Shown in pieces: positions 34,499 through 46,184 of a stretch of 64,000 nucleotides of DNA (its first letter is position 1; each line of letters opens with the position of its first letter). The notes under the pieces are model-generated. The model worked only from the letters and a program-made list of their open reading frames with translations. It was not told the origin of the DNA and ran no database searches. Where the stretch lies: the NCBI GenBank assembly GCA_022605425.2, contig CM061255.1, forward strand, positions 248,001 through 312,000. Direction: 5' to 3'. A program made the position numbers and the translations under genes. The stretch is from Hamiltosporidium tvaerminnensis FI-OER-3-3 (taxonomy: Eukaryota; Fungi; Microsporidia).

Positions 34499-36667
34499 AT
34501 GTTTTTTCATGTATTCGTTTGTTTAAAAATTTTACATTGTTTTACTGGTTTGAATATTGATCCAATGATTGAAGTATATTTTCGCATTAATTTAAACCTT
34601 GTGCTACGACAAAATGATGAAATTCGGAATATTCTTCATGGAATAGGTGATGAAATAAATGAATCGGAAATGGAAAAATATGTTTCAGTTATATCTTATT
34701 ATCTTGACGTTGTCAAAGAAAACACAAATTCTGTTCATCACCCTCTTTTAACTCACTTTGTATGCTTAATTTTCTACTTGGTGCATCACAAAGATACAGA
34801 TGAACCAATCATATTCGATGCAGATCTTCTCTTTAATATTGTAACCTTTTCAAAGTTGTATGAATATACCAAATGCAACAGGGAGATGAATGATATCATA
34901 AAAACAAAAATGATTATGCTCTTCAAATCTGGTATGGAGACTAAAGAAAATATGAAAGAAATTCTCAAATCAAAAGTAATAAGACTTAATGAATTAGAAA
35001 CTGACTGTCCATTGATTATAAACAATATTAAATCCAGTTTCGATCTCGATAGTAACATAGACTTCCAAATAATAAAAAATATGCGAGTCAAATTCCAAGA
35101 TTTACAATCCTGGGAATACGTGCGATTTTATCTTAGAGTTGGATCATTTGAATCTATATACTCTTTTTTCATATCTTTGAAGCTATGTTTTCTAATTGAA
35201 AAATGGCAAGATTTAAATAGCGAGACAATTGGTTTTTCCTTAAATGATTTTTTTTTAGATTCAACATTTTGGGATCAGCTTAGAGCTCTTAATCCATCTT
35301 TAACTCCATATATATTTTTAAAATTTGATAGAGTAACCTACAAAGATTTTATAAAATTTATTTCTGCAACGTGGCTTAATAAAATTTTAAACGAATCCTC
35401 AAGTTTTGATTCTATTTTCGAATTTTCCGAAGAAAAATTTTTCTACGGAACCGCTAATATTTCTAGAAAATTTCCAGAAATTTTTATAGAATTTTTCAAA
35501 GTAAAACCATATGAAAATCAAATAAATATGATTTACAGTCTCTTAATTGATATATCTAAGTCCGAATTTCATCAATATATTCCTATAGTGTTTATTTTAA
35601 AATTTTTTTGCTTCAAAAAGGTAACATCTAATAGTGAAATATTATTGCGAGTTATCTTAGAATGTATATTTTATATGCATATTTTAAGCACTGAGAGGAA
35701 TAATTGCAATACATTTAGCCCAAGAAAAGCATATGAAGACAAATTATTCAGCCTGTTGGAAAAAAACTTAACTAGCAGAAATATAAAAATTAACATACCT
35801 GTTAATAGAATAACCCTGATCCAAAGATATATTCCGGAGACGTTTAATTTTTTTGAGAATTTTATATTAGCATTAGAATTTGCAAATGCAGCTTCTATTA
35901 TTTTTTTTAATAGAAATTTTACCTGTAATTTACATGCCATCAATCGGAGTGCTTCTCAAGATGTATATAAAAATTTAAAAAGTTACTGCAAATATCTTTT
36001 GGATATTGAATTGGATAAAACGATTAGATTGGCTCCTGTGACTGCACATGAACATGAACCTATACCAGAATCTATAACAGAATCAGACATCATATCTGAA
36101 TATATACCGAACTCAATACCAACATCTGAAACCAAACCTAAACCTAAACCCAAACCTAAGCCCAAACATAGGTCTAAATTCTTACCAACACCCGAACCCG
36201 AACATGAAAATATGATTAAGCCTAAAACCGTACCCGAATTACTACCCGAATCTAAACTCAAACATGAACAACCTGTACCTAAATCTATACCCAAACCTGG
36301 CAAAATTCCTATAAGCGTACCCCTACAGATAATTGAGAAAAAACAATCAAAAATTTCGCCTAAAGATCAAAATGAAAAATTGGCTTCAACATCTGTGGGT
36401 ATAAAACCTGAAATATCACCACAAACCCCGTCTAAAATAAAAATAAAAAATAAAAACAATAGAAATAAGCTAGAAAACATAACTAAAGAAGATAAAGATA
36501 GCACATCAGAAAAAGAGACACAATCGAAAACATTAGAAGGAAAGAAAAAGAATAAAAATAATATTTTCAAAATTATCTTAATAGTCACGTTGGTTTTTAT
36601 TTCGATTATTGGAATATCTGCGATCGGATATTGGGTTTATGTCACGTGGAAAGTTCAAATAAATTGA
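34499..36667 (+). CDS. Lineage-specific type I membrane/surface protein
   Basis: N-terminal signal-like MFFHVFVCLKILHCFTG, ~500-aa globular region, Pro/Lys/Glu-rich stalk (KPKPKPKPK), Lys-rich linker, C-terminal TM helix (IILIVTLVFISIIGISAIGYWVYV). Confidence 0.85.
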   Translation: MFFHVFVCLKILHCFTGLNIDPMIEVYFRINLNLVLRQNDEIRNILHGIGDEINESEMEKYVSVISYYLDVVKENTNSVHHPLLTHFVCLIFYLVHHKDTDEPIIFDADLLFNIVTFSKLYEYTKCNREMNDIIKTKMIMLFKSGMETKENMKEILKSKVIRLNELETDCPLIINNIKSSFDLDSNIDFQIIKNMRVKFQDLQSWEYVRFYLRVGSFESIYSFFISLKLCFLIEKWQDLNSETIGFSLNDFFLDSTFWDQLRALNPSLTPYIFLKFDRVTYKDFIKFISATWLNKILNESSSFDSIFEFSEEKFFYGTANISRKFPEIFIEFFKVKPYENQINMIYSLLIDISKSEFHQYIPIVFILKFFCFKKVTSNSEILLRVILECIFYMHILSTERNNCNTFSPRKAYEDKLFSLLEKNLTSRNIKINIPVNRITLIQRYIPETFNFFENFILALEFANAASIIFFNRNFTCNLHAINRSASQDVYKNLKSYCKYLLDIELDKTIRLAPVTAHEHEPIPESITESDIISEYIPNSIPTSETKPKPKPKPKPKHRSKFLPTPEPEHENMIKPKTVPELLPESKLKHEQPVPKSIPKPGKIPISVPLQIIEKKQSKISPKDQNEKLASTSVGIKPEISPQTPSKIKIKNKNNRNKLENITKEDKDSTSEKETQSKTLEGKKKNKNNIFKIILIVTLVFISIIGISAIGYWVYVTWKVQIN

Positions 36668-39611
36668 TTGATTTATATTTTAAAGAATTCTATTTTTAAC
36701 TAATATATTTAGAAAAAAGTAAAAACAATAATCGATGTGTCTTTTACGTAAATAGTTTCTACATATTTCTTTTTTGGTTTTTTATGGAATATTGCGGTCT
36801 TTTTCACATTTATTTTTCTTTATTTCTTATTATCATGACAAACCTTTCAAAAAATAGCTATTATGTTTGTTCTGGATGTTTATATTACTTTAATTATTTA
36901 AATTAAAAAAATATGCTTTTTTATGAGTCGAATTCCTACTAAGTATCATACAATATTTTTTTTAATTTCAAATTATAAGTGAATAATATATCGGGACAGA
37001 AAATATCACCAATTAATCATAGAAAATCTTAAAAACACTTGTATACATTCTAGTTACACCACTATTTCTACATTATATTTTTGCGTAAATTTTACCTATG
37101 ATGCGGTCTTTGACTTATAACATATTTTCTTATAAAAATAATCCAAGTGTTCTAATTAGTATGAGGTATACTATTTACAATTATTGTTAATGATTAAACA
37201 TATAATATAAACACCTTAAATTAAAAAATTACATAATTTATATCTCAAACCAAAAAATAACATATTTAAACATATATAATTCATTATTAACTTTTTGTAA
37301 ATTTAACATGTAAAAAACCTTCTAAATGTATGGTATGCTGAAACGAATAATATTTCTTATACTTTGATGTCTAATAAACCACAAAGTTTATATCTTTTAA
37401 TTAAATTTTACATATTATTACGCTCAGTACTTTAAAACTATATTTCCTGCTATTTCAGCTTGTTGTACCAAGAAAAATAGTAAAAATTAAAATTTTTACA
37501 TGCTTGGAAAGATGTATAAAGTTTATGTCATAAACGAGATGTAAACAGCTATTATTAATTATATCAGCAAAACAAGATAGACACTACCACATTCCTTTCA
37601 TAACCAAAAAATAAATATTCTACTTCAAAACTCTAAAATAAGATAATATATCGATTCACAGAGCTAAATATATTTATTCACATAAATTATTCACTTAAGC
37701 CATTTATATTGCGTTTCTTATATTTAATATTTTTTTTACTTTATAAGAAATATAGATTGAAGAAAAAGCAAAATCACATTAAGAATGTAAATGGAAACGC
37801 TAATCGAAAGATTCTACGCTTAAGGATACAAAAGATACACATTGAGAAATAAGCTCAATATTTTATTATTTTGTAGTGGGAGATAATTCAATATGATAAT
37901 ATTTTTTATTCAATTTTTAAATTAAAATTATGTTTTCTTGTCGCATTCTATTGAATGTCTATCATTATCTTTTTTGGCAACTGACTTTCTAAGGCTTTTC
38001 TTTATGATGGATAACCTTTTAATTATTTTTTGAGTTTCAATAGCTATGTAAATCTATCTTGTGTAGCCTTAATCCACAGTGATTTTTTTCTAAAAGACAT
38101 AAATATGCATCTGAATCATTATTACCACAAGCCATCTGATTTTTTTATATAGAAGTGAAACCTATGTATAGACATTGAACTTGGTATATACCACATGCTC
38201 AATACCTTTTCGATTTTCATCGAATCCCAATAGATGGTTAGATTTGTATTCTTTAATATAATTTAAATTTAGAGTTAGAAAAATTCTTCATAAATTATAT
38301 TTTTTTTACTTGTAACTGTTTTCCTCTATATGGAATAAATATGGTATTTTCGGAGTTTGTGATAAGCTCTGCTCTAGATTTAATTGTAGCTTAGCGCGAT
38401 TTTTTATATAAATCAATCAAACCTTTTCGAAGAGATATTCTGTAATTTATAACAAGCTGCGTGTTTTGTAGGATTGCATTTCTCAATTTGTTATTGCTTC
38501 TAGGGATGCCTTTTACTCTACATGTAATAGAATAAATGTTGTTTTGAGCACATATTTTAATATCTCATCATTTAAAAACACTTTATTCATTGTCTCTTTG
38601 TAAGATACTGGGTACGACAGCGTAAGAAATGATATTTTAATCGACGTTCTTAACACAGTAGCTGATTTTTTTTGTTGAGGTATCTTTAATAAAAGCTTGA
38701 TATATACATCAAGGATATGCAAGATTTATCTAAAATCTTCATTATATGTTGAATATTTTAGTATATCGACAAAAATCCTGTGAATTCTTCTTTTAAATAA
38801 TTTGTACTTATTGACTATAACGAATCATTGCGTTTCTAATATTGGTAATTTTGGCACGTTTTGATAAACATTCTATTTGTAGTCGCTTATCCCGGCAATA
38901 ATTTTCGAATAATTTCTTGTTGCATTTTGTTCAAGCCTATGTGGCGTGAAGTGTATAGTATTAAAACCATTGGATAAGCTATCCGATTTTCATACTTTGT
39001 TGCTTTTTTCTACATCTTAAACATTTGTAGTAAATATTTTATCCTTTTCTTAATTGAAATCGCCACATCATTTTATAAACCATTTTTTATGGTTAGATTT
39101 CACGTAAGAAGGTAAATTTCGCGATACTTCCAAGTTTTTTCGGTATTATAATTTAATTTTTGTTATACCGTTTAATTTTTTTAAATATTTGTCTATAAAT
39201 ACAGTATGTTTTTGCATTTTATTTAATAAAATTCTGGGTTAAAATATTTTTACCATTTTTTTTATATGTTTTCTTCTACCTCTTTAACCATGTTTTTGTA
39301 TAATCATCACTTAAATATAAACAAAAAACTTTAAAAGTTTATATAAGCAGGTTAGGTTTAAGAAAATCTGATTTTATGAATTTTTATTTGATTAAATTGT
39401 TGAATTCTACAAAATCTGTTTGTGTTATTTTCAAGTGTCTTCTTTTTTAAGTTTTTTCTTCTTTTTAACTTTACTTCCAGCTAAAAGTAAATCTAGCTGA
39501 TCATCACTTTGCTTAATCGCATGGGTCTGTAAAAAAAAATATTACTTTGCTTTTTTTAAACAGAAAATATCAGTTTTAGGATGGAATTAAACTTTATTTA
39601 AGAAATAATGA

Positions 39612-39815
39612 TTAACGATATTAGTAATTTATATCATATGGAAATTTTAAAAGAAATCAAAAAAATGAGTAGAAATAAAGATTAACGATATTAGTAATTT
39701 TAATCATATGGAAATTTTAAAAGAAATCAAAAAAATGAGTAGAAATAAATATTAACGATATTAGTAATTTATATCATATGGAAATTTTAAAAGGAATCAA
39801 AAAAATGAGTAGAAA
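39612..39815. repeat. 69-bp tandem repeat, 3 copies
   Basis: ATTAACGATATTAGTAATTT..ATCATATGGAAATTTTAAAAG(A/G)AATCAAAAAAATGAGTAGAAA three times. Confidence 0.92.
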
Positions 39816-40144
39816 GAATATTTTGTGTCGTTTTCAAAACTTACTTTGGACTAATTTAGTTTATTTTAATCAAAAAAAAGCTGAAATATTACAATAAACA
39901 TCTACTAGACCTTTTAAATCCTTACAGCTTCTCTAAAATCTCTTTAATTTTATAAAATAGCAGAGTACATTATCAAGCAAAATACTTATAATTTGTGTTA
40001 TAGTAATAATATATCATTTGGATTAGAATATAACATAATATGATTTGTTATATTTTCTATTCTCTTAAATTAAGCTATTTTTGGTAATTTACTTACTTAT
40101 TTCATAAACTTGTACCTCTCATTGTTAAGGACTATATAAACTTT

Positions 40145-40395
40145 AATTCCTTAAAATTGTACTATAATTAACACCCTTTTATTTATGAGTGCTTCTATCT
40201 AAATAATTATCACCCTTTTATCTTTAAGTACTTCTTATATATAATTATCACCCTTTTATCTATAAGTACTTCTTATATATAATTATCACCCCTTTAATTA
40301 AAAGGACATCTCATAAATAATTAACACCCTTTTATTTATGAGTGCTTCTATCTAAATAATTAACACCCTTTTATCTATAAGTACTTCTTATATAT
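40145..40395 (-). repeat. Tandem repeats including the stop-codon region of the gamma-tubulin complex gene
   Basis: TTATCT(A/T)TAAGTACTTCTTATATATAA x3, interleaved with TAATTA(A/T)CACCCTTTTA units. Confidence 0.85.
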
Positions 40396-43185
40396 AAATA
40401 ACCCTGTATTTTCCACTCTACTACCTAATTCTATATAAAATTCTCTTAAACACTTTTTAACACCAAAATCATCAAACGGTTGTCCTGTCCTTCCAACTTT
40501 TACAGAAAGCGCTTCTAATTCACTAAAAAATAAAAATAATTTTTCTTTCATTCTTCCAGTCATATAACCTCTCTCTATAATTTTACCTGTTAAATCTAAT
40601 AACCCATCTTTAAAGGATTCAATAAGCCTTGAATTCATAAGAGTACTGTTATTTATAGAAGGGTTATGATATATATCATTAAAGGGGTGTTGCTGATGTA
40701 TACTGTTATTAAAGGGGTGTTGTTTATCAATGTTTTTACTAACACCCTGTTGAGCACTATCCCTATAATTAACACCCTTTATACAACTACCTCTATCATT
40801 AACACCCTCTTCTAAATTACCTCTATCATTAACACCCCCTCCCTCCACATTAGTATATCTACAATTTTTACTCTTATTTTCATATAAATTCTCCTCAAAA
40901 CACTCCAACCTAAGAAAACAAGACCATTCAATACTAATAACTTCTTCACAGCAATAAAACATAAAACTTTGTACAAAACAATAATAAAAATGAATTCTAT
41001 TTAAACTATTCTTATCCAATTTCCTTTTCTTTAAACTTCCCAATATTCTTTCAACTTTTTTTACTTTCCACAAAAATTTAAAAATTGTAGAAAATCTTAA
41101 TATTGTCTTCTTGTTGATTATCATGTTCAAAGGAAAGTCAATAACACATAATAGTGTTAGATAGTCCCATGTATTATCTAAAGGGGTGTTGTTTATATTA
41201 TTATTGTTTTCTAATATAGTAGTGTTAACAGAATTTGTAATAAGACTATCACTATCAACAAAAGTACTATTAATAACAGGGTGTTGTTCATATGTTGTAT
41301 TGTTAACAGGGTATTGTTTGTCTGTACTGTTACTAACACCCTGTTGTTTATCTGTATTATAGTTAACAGGGTGTTGTTTATTATATATATTGTTAACACC
41401 CTGTTGTTTATCTATACTGTTACTAACACCCTGTTGTTTATCTGTACTGTTACTAACACCCTGTTGTTTATCAGTACTCTTACTAACACCCTGTTGTTTA
41501 TTACCCTTATCATTAATACCCACGTCCCTACTAATCCCCCTATTCTGTTCTAAAAGACACACATCCATATACTTAATAAAAGGACATTCATTTCCAAAAG
41601 TAACACCCAAAGAAGTATCCAATATAAACCCTACACTTCTCTTATAAGAAACTCCATATTTATCAACATTCCACTCTTTAAGCATTTCAAATAAATTCTG
41701 TACAAAATCAGATCTTTTAAACATAAAAATGTCTTTTAAAAAATACACAAATGAAAGAACTTTTGAGTTTATAAATATTTCTGACCAAACACGTCTGTTT
41801 ATCTGTAAAAGTATTTTATTAATATTTTCCTCAAAATCAGAATCAAGAATATTTATATTATTAGTATTAGTAGTATGGTTATTAGAATGTATATTAGAGT
41901 AGTTATTAGAATAGTTATGTATATTAAAAATATTTTTATCAAACCTATTATCTATATTTTCATCAACTATATTATTAAAATTATTTTCTCTGTTTGTTGG
42001 ATAATTTTTGTTTTTAGAAACTTCTTTAATAAGATTGATACATCTACCAATATAAAGTATGTTATTTATACAGTGGGGAGATATAAAATAAGGGACTTTT
42101 TTAGTGTTAATAGAAAATTTGTGCCAGGTGTTATTTTCAAGGGAATTTACTTTTATGAAGAATTCTGATGTTGGGTCTATAAAGGTACCTGTGTATAACC
42201 ATGAGGATAACAGGGTGTTAGTTCTTATAGAAGTATACAGTGTTATTTTCTGTAAAATAATATTTAAAGGTGGGAAGTTGTTAGTGTATGTGTTATTTAT
42301 AGTACTGTAATTTAAAGGGGTGTTATTTGTATTACAGCTATAAGTAACACCCTTTAACGATTTATTTCTATCTAAAAGGGTGTTATTACTATTATACTTA
42401 TAACTAACACCCTCAGACATATTCTTACAACTAAAGGGTGATATTAACCTATTATAAAAGGTATCATTACTATCATATAAATAAGAGGTACCTTTTAAAA
42501 GGTTAATATTAAGATATCTTAAAAAAGAAAAAGAATCTTCCGTATTATCTTTATAACACTGACATATCTGATTAAGAGCTTCTAATCTATTATAAGCTAC
42601 ATACATTAAAGTATGAAATATAAGAATAGGTTGGTCATTATTATATGAAAGTACAATGTTTTCATATGTTTGTAAAATATCTTCTATTGCTTTATAAAAA
42701 TATTGGTGAGTTATTGTTGTTGGACGGGGGTGGTATTTCAGTTCTTTGTATATTTTACCGTAATAGGAAGCTCTTTCTATTACATGTGCATCTAGAGCAT
42801 AAGTGTTTGTGTTTGTAATAGGTCTATTGTTGTTTGTATTTTTCTCATATTTATTAATATTTGTAATTCTTTCTTCTCCTCTGTATGTGTTTATGCCCAA
42901 TGCAATTTTTTTAATATTTAAAGTGGAAATTTTTGGGGTTTTTTTGGGATGGAATTGTGAAATTTTGAGGAGAAAATAGAAAGTTTGGATTTCAATTTGT
43001 GATAAAGAATGGGTGGGAATGGGAAAGGTGATGGATGAAAGTATAGATAGTGTGTCTGGTGGTATAATGCGTGGAGAAAGTGATAGGAGAGTGGATAGGT
43101 ATTTTAATAGAGATTGGTCTATGTTGGTGTTTTTTTTTGTTGTTTTGTAGTATTCTAGTATTAGTTGTGAAAGTAAATTTTCCAT
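40375..43185 (-). CDS. Gamma-tubulin complex component (Spc98/GCP3-like) with repeat insertions
   Basis: GRIP motifs WLYTGTFIDPTSEFFI, VPYFIS...ILYIGRCIN, DFVQNLFE and WDYLTL..IDFPLNMII...IFKFLWKVK. Spc98 versus Spc97 is less certain. Confidence 0.87.
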   Translation of the reverse strand: MENLLSQLILEYYKTTKKNTNIDQSLLKYLSTLLSLSPRIIPPDTLSILSSITFPIPTHSLSQIEIQTFYFLLKISQFHPKKTPKISTLNIKKIALGINTYRGEERITNINKYEKNTNNNRPITNTNTYALDAHVIERASYYGKIYKELKYHPRPTTITHQYFYKAIEDILQTYENIVLSYNNDQPILIFHTLMYVAYNRLEALNQICQCYKDNTEDSFSFLRYLNINLLKGTSYLYDSNDTFYNRLISPFSCKNMSEGVSYKYNSNNTLLDRNKSLKGVTYSCNTNNTPLNYSTINNTYTNNFPPLNIILQKITLYTSIRTNTLLSSWLYTGTFIDPTSEFFIKVNSLENNTWHKFSINTKKVPYFISPHCINNILYIGRCINLIKEVSKNKNYPTNRENNFNNIVDENIDNRFDKNIFNIHNYSNNYSNIHSNNHTTNTNNINILDSDFEENINKILLQINRRVWSEIFINSKVLSFVYFLKDIFMFKRSDFVQNLFEMLKEWNVDKYGVSYKRSVGFILDTSLGVTFGNECPFIKYMDVCLLEQNRGISRDVGINDKGNKQQGVSKSTDKQQGVSNSTDKQQGVSNSIDKQQGVNNIYNKQHPVNYNTDKQQGVSNSTDKQYPVNNTTYEQHPVINSTFVDSDSLITNSVNTTILENNNNINNTPLDNTWDYLTLLCVIDFPLNMIINKKTILRFSTIFKFLWKVKKVERILGSLKKRKLDKNSLNRIHFYYCFVQSFMFYCCEEVISIEWSCFLRLECFEENLYENKSKNCRYTNVEGGGVNDRGNLEEGVNDRGSCIKGVNYRDSAQQGVSKNIDKQHPFNNSIHQQHPFNDIYHNPSINNSTLMNSRLIESFKDGLLDLTGKIIERGYMTGRMKEKLFLFFSELEALSVKVGRTGQPFDDFGVKKCLREFYIELGSRVENTGLFIYKKYL

Positions 43186-43224
43186 TTTTTTATAAAAGGG
43201 GGTTGGTTGGATATTTGTAGAATT

Positions 43225-43510
43225 AGGTTTTTATATATATTTTAAGAAGAAAGGGGGAGAGTAGAGTAGGAAAATAGAATAGAGGGGTAGAAAAAGTGAT
43301 TCAATTAAGGTTTTATATATATTTTAAGAAAAAAGGGGGAGAGTAGAGTAGGGAAATAGAATAGAGGGGTAGAAAAGGTGATTTAGTTGGGTTGTATATA
43401 TTATTTTAAGAAAAAAAGGGGGGAGTAGAGTAGGGAAATAGAATAGAGGGGTAGAAAAAGTGATTCAATTAAGGTTTTATATATATTTTAAGAAGAAAGG
43501 GGGAGAGTAG
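43225..43510 (-). repeat. ~80-bp purine-rich tandem repeat (about 3.5 copies) upstream of the GCP gene
   Basis: TTTTAAGAA..AAGGGGGAGAGTAGAGTAGG.AAATAGAATAGAGGGGTAGAAAA repeated. Confidence 0.88.
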
Positions 43511-43789
43511 ATGGGTAGAATAAGTGGATATAACCAGATTTTTTTATTTAAGAAGAAACTATGGTAAGAGGGGAATTGAATAGAGGGGAAAATAAGTGAT
43601 TATAAACCGGTATTTTATTTATAATAATTTGGAGAGATTGGAGGAGTAAGTGATGTTTTATAAATGTTTGTATTAATTTAGGTGAGAGGAGAATATATTT
43701 AAATAGAAAGGAGGAATTAATTTGTAAAATATAAATGTTTTATTTTATTTGAAATAATAACTTTCTCCATGATTAATTCAAGAATAATA

Positions 43790-46173
43790 TCTTTTCTTTC
43801 GATCATCTGATTCTTTGTTTCCTCCGGTTTATCTTTTTTGCGTGTAAAAATAAATAATATTTTACTTAGTCTTTTATTAAATATTTTTTTAATTATTACT
43901 ACTACTAAATGGCGCTATATATCTTAAATAGCCAGGTATCTTTAACGATTTTTATCTATTCTTCTCAATCTAGCGCCTTTTCATTCCAATACTTTGTAAT
44001 AAGCATTCACAGATCCTTTTCTATAGTATATATCCATATTTTCCATGATCTACCTTTGTTTTTTTTCATTCAGGCTATGCTCATAGACTTAGTTGCTTGT
44101 AGATCGGGAAACATCGTATTATAGTCTCTAGCCATATTAATCTTCCTCTATATATTTCAGATACTAAATTTGATTTACGATAGAGATCATACTTTTCTAG
44201 ATTATCTTCGATTTTTCTTTATTTATTATGGTTTATTGGTCATATATTTTGCGAGGTATAATTCTTCCCTGCATATCTAGAGTATTTAATTTCTTTTTGG
44301 CATAACTCAACTCTCAGATTCATATGTTACAACAGGTTGTATGATGGTTCTATATCTATTCTTTTTTGAATTCCTACTTATACATCTTACTTTAATCGGG
44401 GGTTGCGTTACAAAGTAGACTGTATTTCCAGCTTTCATCCTTTCCTAAATTTCCTCATTGCTTTTGTTATTTTTATTTAAAAGCTTCTTAGATATGTAAA
44501 GACGATACTTTTTCGAACTTTATATAGTCAATTTCTAGAACATTGTTTAAGTTACTTGGCGAAAATGTCATTTCCATTACTTAATTTTGTTCTGGTTTTT
44601 CTTTAATTCGGCCTTTGTTTATTTCGTTGCGATTGCACCAAAAGAAGAATTTATATCGTTTTTGTTTCTGCAGATTATACTTAAATCGTCGGTATATACT
44701 ATGTAAAAGGTTTTTAGATTGAAGATAATTTCATTTTTATCAGGTTTGATTTTACGAATAATATTTTTCATTGTAAAGTTAAGTAATATACACGATAATG
44801 TATCTCCTTGTTTTGATCATTTGTTTATTTTAAAATCCTTTGAAATATCGTTTTTCATCCATATCTTTCATTTCGTTTTAGCTGGACAATTTTATCATTC
44901 TGATCAGTTTTGTAGGAATTCATAAATCTCCAAGAAAATTGAACGTGTATTTACGATAAACATTATCATAAGCTTTTTTATAATCCAAAAAAAAGTTGAT
45001 GTGTAGGAATATTATATTGATAGCTTTCTTCAATATCATTCTTATTATAAATTTTGATCTGTTTTCGACCTTCTTTCGGAACCACATTGATAATCTCCTA
45101 TAATTCCTTCGTCGCATTTCTCTAATCTTTTGCAACTATTTTGCTTAGAATTTTATAACCAGTATTTAATGGAGATTTTCCCATATTATTACCACATTTC
45201 ATCTGCGCACTTTGCTTGTGTAAAGGTATTAGCAGGCTTACATTCGATTCCTCGGCAATTTTTTCCTTTCTCCATATAATTTTTACCGATTGGTGTATAT
45301 TTTCGCTTAATTTATCACCTCAATATTTTAGAAGCACAGCTGAAATTTTATCTTCGCTCGGTGCTTTATGATTTCGCCAACTCATAATGACAGTTATTGT
45401 CTCCTCGAGAGTTGGATATTCAATAGCTTCAATATTCCCTTTAGCTGAATTATTATAAAATTCTTCCTTATCAGATTTATTTATCCTCTTCCATGCTGTT
45501 TAGAAGGCTTTCGAAATATTTAGCCCATGTATCGAAAATTTCTTTGGGATCCGTAAAAATGTCAGCCTTCTTTTCTTCTAGAATATCGGTTTTAGGTACA
45601 AAGCGTCGGTTCATATTTCTTATTAACTCATGCATCCGCCTTATTCATTTACTTTCTGCATTTAATTTTATTTCTTTTAGTCTTTTGATCTCTCTTGCTT
45701 TTCTTTTTCTTCTTAAAACACGGTTTACATTGGTTTTGCTGCACAGAACTCCTGTTTGAGGAATGTGGTATTGAGTTGTAACATTTTAATTCTGGCTTTT
45801 TTTCGATGGTTGATGGCCTCTCTATACTCTTGATCGAACAAATTATCTCGTGGCTCATATTTTTGAACTCTAACACTTCTTCCAAAGTTCTGTGATAGTT
45901 TTCTTTATCTTGCCCCGAGTGTCATCTATGTCAGCTGTAATATAAGGCTTGTTGATTTTTAAGTGTTTAGTCAGTGTCTTTGCATATTTTCCTCTTGTGT
46001 CTAAATCCTTCTGCATATCAGTATCAAATCTTTCTAAGGTAGATCTTCATGGGAGGTTTTGAGACTGATATTCGTTGCCCACAGTTCATCTTTATCAAAA
46101 AGTGATCTGAATCTGCATCAGTGTCTCTAAATCATCATGAATTTTAGATAAATTAAAAAGAATATGAATTTTT
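43790..46173 (-). mobile_element. Heavily decayed APE-RT LINE (RTE-like)
   Basis: Minus-strand remnants in the expected order: ADSDHFLIK (APE end, ~46090-46115), WAKYFESLLN, HKAPSEDKI, FLDYKKAYDNV, KQGDTLS, YTDDL, YRTIIQPVVTYESE and RKIY*P. Confidence 0.85.
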
Positions 46174-46184
46174 ATGGTAATAGA

